Under the pieces are notes generated by a model. The model saw nothing but the letters and a program-made list of their open reading frames with translations, was not told the DNA's origin and did not search any database. DNA of 64,000 nt. Source: Dehalococcoidia bacterium (lineage in GTDB: Bacteria; Chloroflexota; Dehalococcoidia; Lucifugimonadales; UBA3495). Both the position numbers and the translations under genes were made by a program. The DNA is taken from NCBI GenBank assembly GCA_965261795.1, contig OZ253476.1, forward strand, positions 4,052,771 through 4,116,770, read 5' to 3'. This document shows, one piece after another, positions 10,031 through 20,191 of this stretch (positions are counted from its first letter, which is position 1; each line of letters starts with the position of its first letter).

Positions 10031-10228
10031 TACGGAATGGGCCCGATAGTGAGCATTTGGGGGCGGTTTTGTATTTGAGCAAGCCTACCCTACTATGCGG
10101 TCTCACGTTCAACTGCGTAAAGTCCCAAATGAAATACATACCCCTGTCAGCCCTAGAAGAGGGCGCCGGACGCCTCCATCCGGGAGACAGGAGCAACGGG
10201 CGATCGTGATTCATAGGAGCAAGACGGG

Positions 10229-11020
10229 CTACATTAGCCCTTCCTGCTCCGCCGCTATTTCAATTACTTCCCATCCACCTTCAATCCCGGGTACGAAGGC
10301 TTTACAGCCCTCAGCGTCCAGGACCGATTTGCCGAGAGCATCGCCGTAGTCCACTGCCAGGAATGCCTGTTCCAGTTGCCGGTACAGGTCGGCGTCTATA
10401 CCGTCCTGGGCGGTGAAGCAACAGTGACTGTAACCCGGACTGGTCCAGAAGGTGCGGACGTCGTACTGGTCCAGGGAGCCTTCCTCGGACATCTTTTGCA
10501 GCGTCAACAAGGCCACTGCTCCAGCGTCGTAGTCGCCGTCGTTGACACGGGCTATTATGTCGCGTTCTCCGGATAGCCCGCTGGACGGCCGTTCCTCGAA
10601 GAAGGTGGCCGCAGCCAGATCGGACCTGGGGTTGATGCCCGCCTCCTTCAGAAAGTAGTAGGCCAACAAGCCTGTCTGCGGCGACCCTTTGCTGCCAAAG
10701 GCGAAGCGCTTACCCTTCAAGTCCTCAACGGTGAGTATTTCGGAACCCTGCTTGGTTATGAAACAGGTGGTGAAGTTGATGTCCATGTCCCGCATGGCGA
10801 TTACCCGGCACCGCTCGGCCATGCGCTGCTTTATCTTTACGTAGCCCAATGGGCCGTTCCAAGCCATGTCGATCTTGCCGTCCACAAAATCATCGATCAT
10901 CGCTTGGTCGTCCGAATAAAGGACCCAGTCCAAGTCTATGCCCTGCTGGTTGAACAACTTTCCCAGTCCTTGGAACACAGTGAGGTGTTCAGGGGTAGCT
11001 GTGCCTCCTAACCTAATCAT
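10229..11020 (-). CDS. PhnD/SsuA-like (phosphonate-type) substrate-binding protein, no signal peptide, orphan
   Basis: 263 aa. DMAWNGPLGYV, KGKRFAFGSKGSPQTGLLAYYFL and DAGAV motifs of the Phosphonate-bd fold. GGAGGAG 6 nt upstream of the ATG. No ABC permease or ATPase nearby. Confidence 0.55.
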   Translation of the reverse strand: MIRLGGTATPEHLTVFQGLGKLFNQQGIDLDWVLYSDDQAMIDDFVDGKIDMAWNGPLGYVKIKQRMAERCRVIAMRDMDINFTTCFITKQGSEILTVEDLKGKRFAFGSKGSPQTGLLAYYFLKEAGINPRSDLAAATFFEERPSSGLSGERDIIARVNDGDYDAGAVALLTLQKMSEEGSLDQYDVRTFWTSPGYSHCCFTAQDGIDADLYRQLEQAFLAVDYGDALGKSVLDAEGCKAFVPGIEGGWEVIEIAAEQEGLM

Positions 11021-11155
11021 GCCACTCTCCTCCGGGTTGGGACCGTGATACAGACTACCGGTGTCTCGCTCATTATACCCACACAGCAGTGCGGCGAAAA
11101 TATGGGGCGCGGGAGCGGGTCAGCCGCCTTTGGGGGCATACACCGCGTCATCCGT

Positions 11156-13681
11156 TTACCGGCTGACCATCACCGAGACGGCGCTAAGTCCCATTGGAAT
11201 TTGCACCCCTTCCGGCACGGTTGCATCTATGGTCACTTGATATCTCACCACTCCTCGTTCCGTCCTTGGAATGCTTGACACCACACCCACTTCGCCGGCC
11301 AACTCCAGCCCATCCAAGCTGTCGACCAACACGCTGGCTTTAGCTCCGACTACGACCTGTTCTACTTCGTCGGCGTCCACCATACTTATCACCTGCACAG
11401 CCGTGGGGTCAACAACCTCGATGACCCGCGAGTCTTCGGTGACCATATCGTCGACCTCCACGTTCACCAGCGCGATGACGCCGTCGAAAGGCGCTTTTAC
11501 GACGGCCCCTTCAAGGTCATCCAAAGCGGTATCCGCTAATTCCTCAGCTAAACCAACCTCAGCCTTACGCAGGGCAATCTCTAAAAGGACCTGCTCTTGG
11601 ACGGAGTCCAATCGTGTTTCGGCTTCCTCGAGTCTTGATTCGGCCAACGCCAACTCGGCTTCTCGCCGTCGGATTTCCAAGGGATCGATGTTATCCGTCA
11701 ATTCCTCGAGGTCTTCACTGAGAGCATCAAGGGTTGCTTTCGCGACCACTACGTTTTGCTGTTTTACGGCTAACTCCAGCGGATCGGGTCCGTCAGCCAA
11801 GTCAGCCACAGCCTTCTCTGCCTCTTTGAGGCCCGCCAGCGCGTTGACCACTTCGGCCACTTTCAAGGAGACCCGTAAAGGATCCGCGCCGACGCCGATG
11901 GCTCTCCCGGCATCGTCCCCTATCTGCGCTCCTTCCGTCGGGCCGACCCCTTTGGCGGCTGGTACTGGCGCGGCCGGGTCCGACTTGACCAGAATATCCG
12001 TCAGGGCCTTCGCGGCACCGTCGAAATTAGCTTGAGCCACCTCCGCTGCCGCCTCCAATTTTTGACGGAGAAGTGGGTCTGGCAATTCTCCAACCATATC
12101 CAGGTCCCGCGCGGCTCGTGTCAAGTTCGCTTCCGCGGCCATTATCACCGCGTTGAGCCTTTCCAGTTCCAGCACATCCTGGCCTTTGCTTTGCCTATCT
12201 AGTTCCTCCTGTCTTACGTCGAAAATCGCTTGGGCCGCGGCTACCCCGGCTTGCAACCGCTGCCGTCGCAATTGTTCCTCGTCGGTCTCTAACTTTCTGA
12301 AGGACTGCTGCACCGCATCGAAGGCCGTTGCGGCTACGGCCACCCCGGACTCCAGATCACGCAGGTTTTCCATACTTGGACCGTCTTCTAATTCAACAAG
12401 ATCATCTTCAGCTTTGCTCAAGTCGGCTCGAGCCAACGTCTCGGCGGCTCGCAGGTTAGCCAGCACCGCCGCGTTATCGTCGTCGAACGTTTGGGTGCGG
12501 CTTAAAGTAGTCAGAAAAGCGGACACCGAGTCCTGTGCCGTTGCAAGCGCAACCTCAGCTACGGTCTTGGCACGGCGGGTCTTGGCTAACCTCTGGTCGT
12601 GGTCCAAGTAAAAGTTGGACAATCTCTCTTTAGCCCGGTCAAGCGCGACCTCCGCCCTGGCTACGGCTTGCTGGGCTCTGGCCAGGTTCTCGCCGTGGGT
12701 CAGGTCAAAGTCATTCAATTGTTGAGTAGCCTCGTCGAGAAGGACTTCCGAAGTGGCTTTGGCCTCCAGCGCCTGGGCAAACTCGCGGCTCTGGTCTACG
12801 CTGAAGTTGGCCAAGGCAACCGCGGCGTCGTCCAAGGCTATTTCGGCTTGGGCCTTGGCTTGCCTTGCTCCGGCCAGCCGCACTGCATGGTCAAGTTCAA
12901 AGTCAGCCAACCGTTCCTTGGCGTCGTCCAAGGCGACTTCCGCCGTGACCTTGGCGTCAATAGCCCGGGTAAGCTGCCCCATGTGGGTAATGCCCAAGCC
13001 GGATAGCGCGTCTCGGGCTTGGTCCAAGGCAACCTTCGCTACGGCCTGTGACTGAAGGGCGCGGCTGAGCTCTTGAGAGTGATCGCGGTCCAAGTCCTCC
13101 AAGTCGTCCTCGGCGGCATCCAGTGTCAGCCTGGCATTGGCTACCGTTTCTTCAGCCCTTGCCACCATGTCTGCCTCCGGTTGCAGCAGGTCTTGCAAGT
13201 TTTCTTCAGCTTGGTCTGCAACCAATGCGGCTTGGGCGACGCCCGCATCTGCTTCGGTCAACGACACCGGTCCGGAAATAAGCGCGGCGTCCAACGCTTG
13301 TTGGGATCTTCGCAGGTCCAAAGGGGCGAGGGTGGCTTTCTGCTTCAAGTCCATCAGCCGCAGGTCTTCCAACTCCGCCAGGACCTCTCCGGCCTTTACG
13401 TCCTGGCCGTCGGTCACCAGAACTTCGCCTACGGTTCCGCCGACCCCGAAGGTCAACTCGGCTACCCGGGGAAAGACCAACCTGCCATGGATGGTGAGCC
13501 CACCATCCTCGGAGCCTTGGACGACAGGAGACCGGGTTGAGTCGCCCGCAGCAGTGCGAGGCGCACCCCCATTGGTTGCAAGAAGAAATCCGAAGCCCAA
13601 GACTGCTAACAATACTGCCAAGCCTACGCCGGACAACAGCCAGCCCTTGGAGATTCTTCCAATTCGCCGCAAATCAAACAT
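11156..13681 (-). CDS. RND/HlyD-family membrane-fusion (periplasmic adaptor) protein with a giant coiled-coil insert, 841 aa
   Basis: N-terminal TM (WLLSGVGLAVLLAVLGFGFLL). Lipoyl half GGTVGEVLVTDGQDVKAGEVLAELE. About 600 aa of Ala/Glu/Leu/Asp-rich helix. Second lipoyl/beta-barrel part VVKAPFDGVIALVNVEVDDMV...GVVRYQVTID. Start set to ATG 13681; the track start 13810 would overlap the RND gene by 50 nt. Confidence 0.8.
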   Translation of the reverse strand: MFDLRRIGRISKGWLLSGVGLAVLLAVLGFGFLLATNGGAPRTAAGDSTRSPVVQGSEDGGLTIHGRLVFPRVAELTFGVGGTVGEVLVTDGQDVKAGEVLAELEDLRLMDLKQKATLAPLDLRRSQQALDAALISGPVSLTEADAGVAQAALVADQAEENLQDLLQPEADMVARAEETVANARLTLDAAEDDLEDLDRDHSQELSRALQSQAVAKVALDQARDALSGLGITHMGQLTRAIDAKVTAEVALDDAKERLADFELDHAVRLAGARQAKAQAEIALDDAAVALANFSVDQSREFAQALEAKATSEVLLDEATQQLNDFDLTHGENLARAQQAVARAEVALDRAKERLSNFYLDHDQRLAKTRRAKTVAEVALATAQDSVSAFLTTLSRTQTFDDDNAAVLANLRAAETLARADLSKAEDDLVELEDGPSMENLRDLESGVAVAATAFDAVQQSFRKLETDEEQLRRQRLQAGVAAAQAIFDVRQEELDRQSKGQDVLELERLNAVIMAAEANLTRAARDLDMVGELPDPLLRQKLEAAAEVAQANFDGAAKALTDILVKSDPAAPVPAAKGVGPTEGAQIGDDAGRAIGVGADPLRVSLKVAEVVNALAGLKEAEKAVADLADGPDPLELAVKQQNVVVAKATLDALSEDLEELTDNIDPLEIRRREAELALAESRLEEAETRLDSVQEQVLLEIALRKAEVGLAEELADTALDDLEGAVVKAPFDGVIALVNVEVDDMVTEDSRVIEVVDPTAVQVISMVDADEVEQVVVGAKASVLVDSLDGLELAGEVGVVSSIPRTERGVVRYQVTIDATVPEGVQIPMGLSAVSVMVSR
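12521..13105 (-). repeat. Six tandem 32-codon repeats inside the adaptor coiled coil
   Basis: Units such as ADFELDHAVRLAGARQAKAQAEIALDDAAVAL / ANFSVDQSREFAQALEAKATSEVLLDEATQQL / NDFDLTHGENLARAQQAVARAEVALDRAKERL / SNFYLDHDQRLAKTRRAKTVAEVALATAQDSV. Period counted by hand. Confidence 0.6.
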
Positions 13682-13760
13682 TGTGCGCCACTCCTTATGT
13701 AATGTAGTGAAGACCTCGCCCACTGCGCCCGTAACGTCGCGGCTGGCTGCAACGTCGACC

Positions 13761-16700
13761 TCATGAGGCTCGCAAAGAGGAAGGCAAAGCCCTTTGCAAT
13801 ATCGATCCAATCCACCCCAACAGGTTTGGTATGTTGACGTGCACTATGGTGTACACCACAGGCACGACGACCAGCGTCAAGAAGGTCGAGCTGATAAGCC
13901 CCCCGATCACCACCGTCGCCAACTCCTCGCCAATGATTCCGTTCTCGTTGGATGGGAATGCCGCCAGCGGCAACAGCGCGAAGGTGGTGGTGAAGGCGGT
14001 CATCAGAATGGGCCTCATGCGCACGCGGCTGCCCTCTACCAGCGCGTCGTAGACCGACAGTCCCCGCTCCCGCAGTTGCTCCACGAACACGATCAATACT
14101 ATAGCGTTGGTGACCACCACTCCGATCAGCAGCAACGTGCCCATGAGAGCCGACAGGCTCAGGGTGCGTCCGGTGACGACAAGGGCCACCAACGCACCCA
14201 CTGCCGCCAAGGGCAGACACAACACGACCACCAATGGGTTACGCAGCGAGCCCAAGGTAGCCACCATCACCAAGTAGACCAGAACGACCCCCACCGCCAT
14301 GGCAGTGAACACGTCCTGGAACCCCTCGGCTATTTGCTGGAAGATGCCCCCTGTCTTGATTTTGACCGAAGGCGGTACATCCAGCGCGGCTATCTTGGCG
14401 CCCACGGCCCGGCCCACACCCTGGGTGTCCTTGGCGACTATGCCCGCCGAGACAGTGACCGACCGTTCGCCGTCGTACCGGCTGATGGACACTGGGCCTT
14501 CCTGCAATGAGATTGTGCTGATCGCGCCCAACTTCACCGTTTCAAAGGGGCCCTCGATGTCCAGTGCATTCAGCTTGTTTATGTCGTCAACATCCTCCGG
14601 CCGCCCTCTGATCACCACGTCCATGGAAAGGTCGGCAAACTTAACCTCGGTCACAACTTGGCCGACGAGGAACCGGTTGACCTGCATTGCTACCGCCGCG
14701 GCGGAGAGCCCGAACTCCGCGGCGGCTTCGGCGTCTACATCGATGACCACCTCTTGCCGCGCCGCGCTCAGGTCGCTGGTCAAGTTGATGATGCCTTCAA
14801 GGTCCCCGAACTCGGCTTCCATCTCTTTGGCTACGGATGAAATATCCGCGAAGTTGGACCCTGTAATGGTTACTTCCAACTCACCGGTAGGCGGTCCGTT
14901 TTCTATTTCCTTGACCGTGAAGGTGGCCTCGTCATTCCCGGGCAATCGCTCGCGAATCGTATCGGCGATGTCAACAGGCACGTCATCTTCCAAGGCTACA
15001 ATGAAGACCGCCGCATTGAGACCGCTGCCAACGGTTGCGTTCCCGAACTGATCGGACTCGGCCCCAATGGCCACTTGGTAATTTTTTACGTGGCCTTGGT
15101 CCCTCAGGTCCGCCAAGATGCCCTCGACTTGCAGGACAGCCTTGTAAGTAGGCGCAATTGACGTTCCTGTGGGCAGCTCTACATCTATGGTCAGATACTG
15201 GGGAGCGCCGGCAGGAAAAAGGGTTATAGGAATTACCAAAAGGAGACTCAGGCTGGCGGCCACGATAAGCGCGGCGATAAGCACCGTGGCCAGCTTGTGT
15301 CCCAGGGACCAGAGCAACACCGGGATATACAGCCGCTGTATGAGGGTATCCACCCCACCCTGACTCCTGCCAACGGCGCCGTCATCGGGCAAATCGCCCG
15401 GCTTGAGCAGAACAGACCCCAGAAACGGCACCGCGGTCAAAGCTACAAGCGTCGACGCTATCAACGCAAAGCTGACGGCAATGGCGAAGGGGGAAAAGAA
15501 GGACCCCACCAACCCTTGAATGAAGGCCAAAGGCACGAAAATTACGACCGTCGTCAGGGTGGACGCAACAATAGCCGCCCCAACTTCCCGGGTGCCGTCT
15601 AAGGCGGCCTGCATACGGTCTTCCCCGGCCTGAATGTGCCGGTACATGTTCTCCAGCACCACAATGCTGTCATCCACGACTCTACCGACGGCGATGGCCA
15701 GACCTGCCAGGGTCATGAAGTTGAGGGGCAGGCCGATGAGTCCCATAAGCAGGATGCCGGTAATAATGCTCAGCGGGATGGATACTCCAATTATCAGCGT
15801 GGGCCGAAGGGTCAGAGTCACTCCTCTCAGAATCGTGGGCCTCAGATTCAAGAGGAACGCGAACACCGTGGCGACAGCGAAGACCAATCCCCATAAACCT
15901 TCCCGCAACAGTGCGCCGAGTTGGGATCTGATCTCCGGCCCGTCGTTCGTCAGGACGAATATCTCCACGTCCGGCGGCAACCCTTCAAGGTCGTCCAAGC
16001 CGGCCAGGACCCCTTCCGTAACGTCCAGGGTGTTGGCGTCGGGGTCTTTAAGGACAATCACGCCAAGGCTGGGACTGCTGTTGGCCCGTGAAATCCGATT
16101 GGCCTTCTCCGTATCCAGTTCCACCACGGCAATGTCCGATAACCTTATAGGCCGTTGGCCTTCGCGGTTGGATGAGGTGCTCTCGAAGCCCACCACCAAG
16201 TCTCTTATTTCATCGAGTGAGCCCAACTCGTGGTCGATGCGAACGGGAATGTTCCTGCTTCCGTCGTCGATGTTACCGGCTGGAGAACTGAGGTTGTTCG
16301 CTTGAATCGCTGCGGCCACCGCGGACAGGGAGAGTCCCAGGTCTTGAATTTTGTCGACGTCTACGGTGACGAAGACCTGTTCTTCGGACCACCCGAGCAC
16401 CGTCACATAGGCTACTCCGTCTACCGCCTTGATACGGGGGACTATCAGGTCATCCAATATTCGTTGCAGGGAGGGAATGTCCCGGTCTCCCAGAACACTC
16501 AACTGGAGCACGGGGAAGGTATCGCTGGCAATGCGGGACACGTAGGGTTCCGTGACGCCGTCCGGGAACTGCAACGCGTTGATGTTGCTTATGATGGTGC
16601 GCTCCGCCTCCACCATGTCTTCACCGAACTCGAAAGTGGCGGTGATCATCGACGTGTTTTCGGTGGAGACGGATTGGAGTTCCTTCAAGCCGCTGACGCC

Positions 16701-16919
16701 GTCTATCGCGTCTTCAATCGGCTCGGTCACGTCCCGCACCACCGCGTCCGGGTTGGCGAAAGCATAGTAGGTAATGATGATGATGTTGGGAAACTCTATC
16801 TCGGGGAAGAGTTCCCGTTCAAGGCGCTGGTAGGTGACAACGCCGCCCACCAAGACCAAAAGGATGATTAACATCGTTACGGAGCGGCGGCGCAGTGCCA
16901 GGCCGGTAAGTAAGGTCAT
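13761..16919 (-). CDS. RND efflux transporter permease (AcrB/AcrD/AcrF family)
   Basis: 1052 aa. 12-TM/two-large-loop organisation. Typical N-terminus LALRRRSVTMLIILLVLVGGVVTYQRLERELFPEIEFP and conserved VGRVVDDSIVVLENM. ATG 16919 follows a TTG at 16922. Confidence 0.9.
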   Translation of the reverse strand: MTLLTGLALRRRSVTMLIILLVLVGGVVTYQRLERELFPEIEFPNIIIITYYAFANPDAVVRDVTEPIEDAIDGVSGLKELQSVSTENTSMITATFEFGEDMVEAERTIISNINALQFPDGVTEPYVSRIASDTFPVLQLSVLGDRDIPSLQRILDDLIVPRIKAVDGVAYVTVLGWSEEQVFVTVDVDKIQDLGLSLSAVAAAIQANNLSSPAGNIDDGSRNIPVRIDHELGSLDEIRDLVVGFESTSSNREGQRPIRLSDIAVVELDTEKANRISRANSSPSLGVIVLKDPDANTLDVTEGVLAGLDDLEGLPPDVEIFVLTNDGPEIRSQLGALLREGLWGLVFAVATVFAFLLNLRPTILRGVTLTLRPTLIIGVSIPLSIITGILLMGLIGLPLNFMTLAGLAIAVGRVVDDSIVVLENMYRHIQAGEDRMQAALDGTREVGAAIVASTLTTVVIFVPLAFIQGLVGSFFSPFAIAVSFALIASTLVALTAVPFLGSVLLKPGDLPDDGAVGRSQGGVDTLIQRLYIPVLLWSLGHKLATVLIAALIVAASLSLLLVIPITLFPAGAPQYLTIDVELPTGTSIAPTYKAVLQVEGILADLRDQGHVKNYQVAIGAESDQFGNATVGSGLNAAVFIVALEDDVPVDIADTIRERLPGNDEATFTVKEIENGPPTGELEVTITGSNFADISSVAKEMEAEFGDLEGIINLTSDLSAARQEVVIDVDAEAAAEFGLSAAAVAMQVNRFLVGQVVTEVKFADLSMDVVIRGRPEDVDDINKLNALDIEGPFETVKLGAISTISLQEGPVSISRYDGERSVTVSAGIVAKDTQGVGRAVGAKIAALDVPPSVKIKTGGIFQQIAEGFQDVFTAMAVGVVLVYLVMVATLGSLRNPLVVVLCLPLAAVGALVALVVTGRTLSLSALMGTLLLIGVVVTNAIVLIVFVEQLRERGLSVYDALVEGSRVRMRPILMTAFTTTFALLPLAAFPSNENGIIGEELATVVIGGLISSTFLTLVVVPVVYTIVHVNIPNLLGWIGSILQRALPSSLRAS

Positions 16920-16978
16920 CAAACAGACTCAATCAAAGCGGCTGATATCAACATTCGGCGGTCCTCTCTAACCCCGCC

Positions 16979-16995
16979 GTAGGAATGATTCCTAC
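16979..16995. promoter_or_regulatory. Perfect 17-bp palindrome upstream of the RND operon (candidate operator)
   Basis: gtaggaat-g-attcctac, about 60 nt upstream of the RND start codon. No regulator gene is adjacent. Confidence 0.3.
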
Positions 16996-17316
16996 CGCAG
17001 TAAGAGACTAGCATCCTGCATCAATGATACTACGAAATACACCTCTAATGGGATTTAATACATCGAGTAGCGAGGTTAGTATGTACGAAATCCGGTCGTA
17101 AGTCTACGTAAATCGTTTATCAGTGGATGATCGGTACTGCGGGCTATCACCATCGGCGCTGCACGCGGCCATCTCTGCGTCGAACATGCAATCACCACAC
17201 CATTGCGCCGCGGATCGTTGTACAGCTACCTCCATGGTATCACTTGAGGAATCAAAACAGCATGGCGCATTGTCGCCGACGCAAACGCCGATCTAACGAT
17301 AACGGGCCGGTCAAGG

Positions 17317-17350
17317 CCAAAATAATATGAGGCCTCCTGCCGAAGGCCTC
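17317..17350 (-). terminator. Intrinsic terminator downstream of acs
   Basis: Minus strand reads gaggcct-tcggcagg-aggcctc followed by atattatttt. Confidence 0.5.
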
Positions 17351-17431
17351 ACCGGCTATACGGAACATCCAAGATACAACCCCGGCGCCCGGCGACTGTT
17401 GAGGCCGCGCCGATGCCGGGGCGCAGGCGGT

Positions 17432-19384
17432 CTACTCTTCGTCGCCGTATTGGGCCTTCAAGGCCTCTACCACTGCTGGGTCAGCCAGAGTGGTGGTGTC
17501 ACCCAAAGCCCGGCCTTCGGCCACGTCTCGCAACAACCGGCGCATGATTTTGCCGCTGCGGGTCTTGGGAAGCTCGGCGGAGAAGAAGATATCGTCAGGC
17601 CGGGCCATCGCGCCGATTTTGGCGGCAACGTGCTGCTTGAGCTCGGCTACCACAGCGTCTGAACCGACCACGTCGTTCTTCAGCGTGACAAACCCCACTA
17701 TCGCCTGCCCTTTGATCTCGTGGGACTTGCCTATGCAGGCCGCCTCGGCGACTTTCGGGTTATCAACCAGCGCGCTCTCTACCTCCATGGTGCTGATGCG
17801 GTGGGCGGAGACGTTGATAACGTCATCAACGCGCCCAAGCAGCCAGAAGTTGCCGTCGTCGTCGAGCTTGGCCCCGTCCGCGGTAAAGTAGGTGTCCGGG
17901 TAGCGCGACCAGTACTGCTCCACGAAGCGGTCCGGGTCACCGTATATGGTGCGCAGCATAGCGGGCCAGGGCTTTCGCAGCACCAAGTACCCGCCCCCGC
18001 CCGGCCCCACGGGGTTGCCCGCCTCGTCCACCACCTCAGCAGTGATTCCGGGGAACGGGTGAGTGGCCGAACCGGGTTTGAGCGTCGTGATGCCGGGAAG
18101 CGGGGCAATGAGTATCTGGCCCGTTTCAGTCTGCCACCAAGTATCAACCACCGGGCAGCGGCCGCCGCCGATGTGCTCCCAGTACCACATCCAAGCCTCA
18201 GGGTTAATCGGCTCGCCCACCGAACCAAGCAGACGTATTGATGACATGTCGTGACGCTGGGGGTATGACTCGCCCCAGCGCATGAAGGTCCTGATAGCTG
18301 TTGGCGCGGTGTATACGATTGAGACGGCGTACTTGGCGACGATGGCCCAGAACCGGTCGAGGTCCGGATAGTCCGGCGATCCCTCGTACATAACCGAAGT
18401 GGCGCCGTTGGCCAACGGGCCATAGACTATATAGCTATGCCCGGTGACCCAACCGATGTCGGCGGTGCACCAATAAACGTCTTCCTCTTTTAGATCGAAA
18501 ACCCATTTTGCCGTGGCATAGGTCCCCAACAAGTAACCGGCGGTGGTGTGGACGATTCCCTTGGGCTTGCCGGTGGTGCCGCTGGTGTAGAGGAGATACA
18601 ACATATCCTCGCTGTCCATCGGCTCCGGTTCACAGGTCATAGGCTGGTCAGCCACCAAGTCATGCCACCATACGTCCCTGCCGTCCACCATCCGCTCGTC
18701 CGCGCTTTCGGTACGCCGCACCACGACAACTTTTTCAACGCTGGGCGAGTCCTGCAAAGCCTCGTCGGAGGTCGCTTTCAAGGGGATGATGTTGCCTCTG
18801 CGGAAACCTCCGTCGGCGGTGATTAGCAACTTCGACTCGGAGTCGTTCATCCGGTCGCTGAGCGATGCGGCGCTGAAGCCGCCGAAAACCACGCTGTGGG
18901 GAGCGCCTATCCTGGCGCAAGCCAGCATGGATATGGGCAATTCCGGCACCATGGGCAGGTAGATGGTGACACGATCACCCTTCTTCACACCCAGGCTCTT
19001 TAACCCGTTGGCGAATTTGCATACCTCACGGTACAGATCGCGGTAGGTATATACCTTCCAATCACCCGGCTCGCCTTCCCAGATTATGGCCGCCTTGTTC
19101 CGGCGGGGTCCTTTCAAGTGCCGGTCGACACAGTTGTAGGAAACGTTGAGCTTACCGCCAAGGAACCACTTGGCGTGGGGCGGGTCCCAGTCCAGTACCT
19201 GGTCCCATTTCTTGAACCAGTCCAGTTCTTCAGCGAACCTGGCCCAGAATGCTTCGGGGTCACGAAGCGCTTCCTCGTATACGCCGGGATCGGCAATGTT
19301 GGCTTGGTTCCTGAATTCTTCGGACGGAGGAAAAGTCCGGTCTTCCTGTAGTAGAGCATCAATGCTTCCGGTGGACTCTACCAT
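17432..19384 (-). CDS. acs: Acetyl-CoA synthetase (AMP-forming)
   Basis: 650 aa from [24 protein letters not shown]. Hallmarks [18 protein letters not shown] and the C-terminal [16 protein letters not shown]. The track ORF (815 aa) carries a non-homologous 5' extension. Confidence 0.9.
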   Translation of the reverse strand: MVESTGSIDALLQEDRTFPPSEEFRNQANIADPGVYEEALRDPEAFWARFAEELDWFKKWDQVLDWDPPHAKWFLGGKLNVSYNCVDRHLKGPRRNKAAIIWEGEPGDWKVYTYRDLYREVCKFANGLKSLGVKKGDRVTIYLPMVPELPISMLACARIGAPHSVVFGGFSAASLSDRMNDSESKLLITADGGFRRGNIIPLKATSDEALQDSPSVEKVVVVRRTESADERMVDGRDVWWHDLVADQPMTCEPEPMDSEDMLYLLYTSGTTGKPKGIVHTTAGYLLGTYATAKWVFDLKEEDVYWCTADIGWVTGHSYIVYGPLANGATSVMYEGSPDYPDLDRFWAIVAKYAVSIVYTAPTAIRTFMRWGESYPQRHDMSSIRLLGSVGEPINPEAWMWYWEHIGGGRCPVVDTWWQTETGQILIAPLPGITTLKPGSATHPFPGITAEVVDEAGNPVGPGGGGYLVLRKPWPAMLRTIYGDPDRFVEQYWSRYPDTYFTADGAKLDDDGNFWLLGRVDDVINVSAHRISTMEVESALVDNPKVAEAACIGKSHEIKGQAIVGFVTLKNDVVGSDAVVAELKQHVAAKIGAMARPDDIFFSAELPKTRSGKIMRRLLRDVAEGRALGDTTTLADPAVVEALKAQYGDEE

Positions 19385-19657
19385 AACAACGCCTCCAAAC
19401 ATCCAGCAGTAGGCCGCAGGGGATTTGAGAAGTCGGTTGGCACAGGCTTGCAGACAGCTCAAAGGATGGAGCTTGTCCACGAGGATTTTTACACACGCGA
19501 GCTTCTCTTGTAAACCGGCGTATAACATAACCACTACACGTATTTCCGTTGTTTGACAGCCCAAGAGCAGGATGCTAACGTTCAATCGGCATCCGTTTAC
19601 GTAGCCCAAACAGTCTATAATCAGGCCAAATAGAGACTTTCGAAAAGGAGACCCCTT

Positions 19658-20191
19658 ATGACACAAGAAGAAAACCTGAACGGCCTTCCTCGCGAGAAAC
19701 TCAGCGAGGTCCTTAGCTCCTTCCGCGACCCCGAAGTGTTCAAGGCAGTGACCGGCCCGTGGCGGTCCAGGGTGCAGTGGCAGGACGGGATGCGAGTCAA
19801 GGCCTACATGAGGAACCACACGGTTGAGATGGACGAGCCGGGTGACTTGACCGCGACCGACATGGCGGCCAGCGCCCATGAGCAGCTACTATCGGCGGTG
19901 GGCAGTTGCATGACGGTGGGGTTTGTAGTTAACGCTACCATGAAGGGCGTGAAGATTCACAACCTGGAAATAGCCATCGACGGCTACTTCGACAACATCC
20001 GCAAATGGGCAGGTGTGGAAGACGAAGGCAACCCCGGGTACGGAAGCATTTCGGCCAAGGTGTTCGTGCAGGCCGACGCTGATGAAGAGACCCTGCGGGA
20101 GATTTGGCGGCTGGCGGTGGAAGGCTCTCCGGTCACCCAATCGGTAATGCGCGAGACTAAAGTAACCACTGATTTCGAGATGGTGGGTTAA
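19658..20191 (+). CDS. OsmC-family peroxiredoxin-like protein
   Basis: 177 aa. SAVGSCMTV and EGSPV motifs (the two OsmC Cys/loop regions). AAAGGAG RBS. Confidence 0.75.
   Translation: MTQEENLNGLPREKLSEVLSSFRDPEVFKAVTGPWRSRVQWQDGMRVKAYMRNHTVEMDEPGDLTATDMAASAHEQLLSAVGSCMTVGFVVNATMKGVKIHNLEIAIDGYFDNIRKWAGVEDEGNPGYGSISAKVFVQADADEETLREIWRLAVEGSPVTQSVMRETKVTTDFEMVG

Noticed and set aside
9963-10214. 78-83-aa ORFs on both strands
   Set aside because: They are generated by the REP tandem repeat (RRNDGMGP / SVIPA-type peptides), a hallmark of translated REP elements.
11271-13766. Series of Ser/Ala/Thr-rich plus-strand ORFs (254, 152, 135, 209 aa and others)
   Set aside because: They are antisense to the adaptor coiled coil. 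GCN/GAR-rich codons keep the reverse frames open, and no motifs are present.
13682-13810. 43-codon 5' extension of the adaptor gene
   Set aside because: It would overlap the RND permease 3' end by 50 nt. The TM anchor begins right after ATG 13681.
19385-19879. 165-codon 5' extension of acs (815-aa track ORF)
   Set aside because: The extension has no similarity to Acs N-termini and overlaps the divergent osmC gene and promoter. Homology begins at MVESTGS (ATG 19384).
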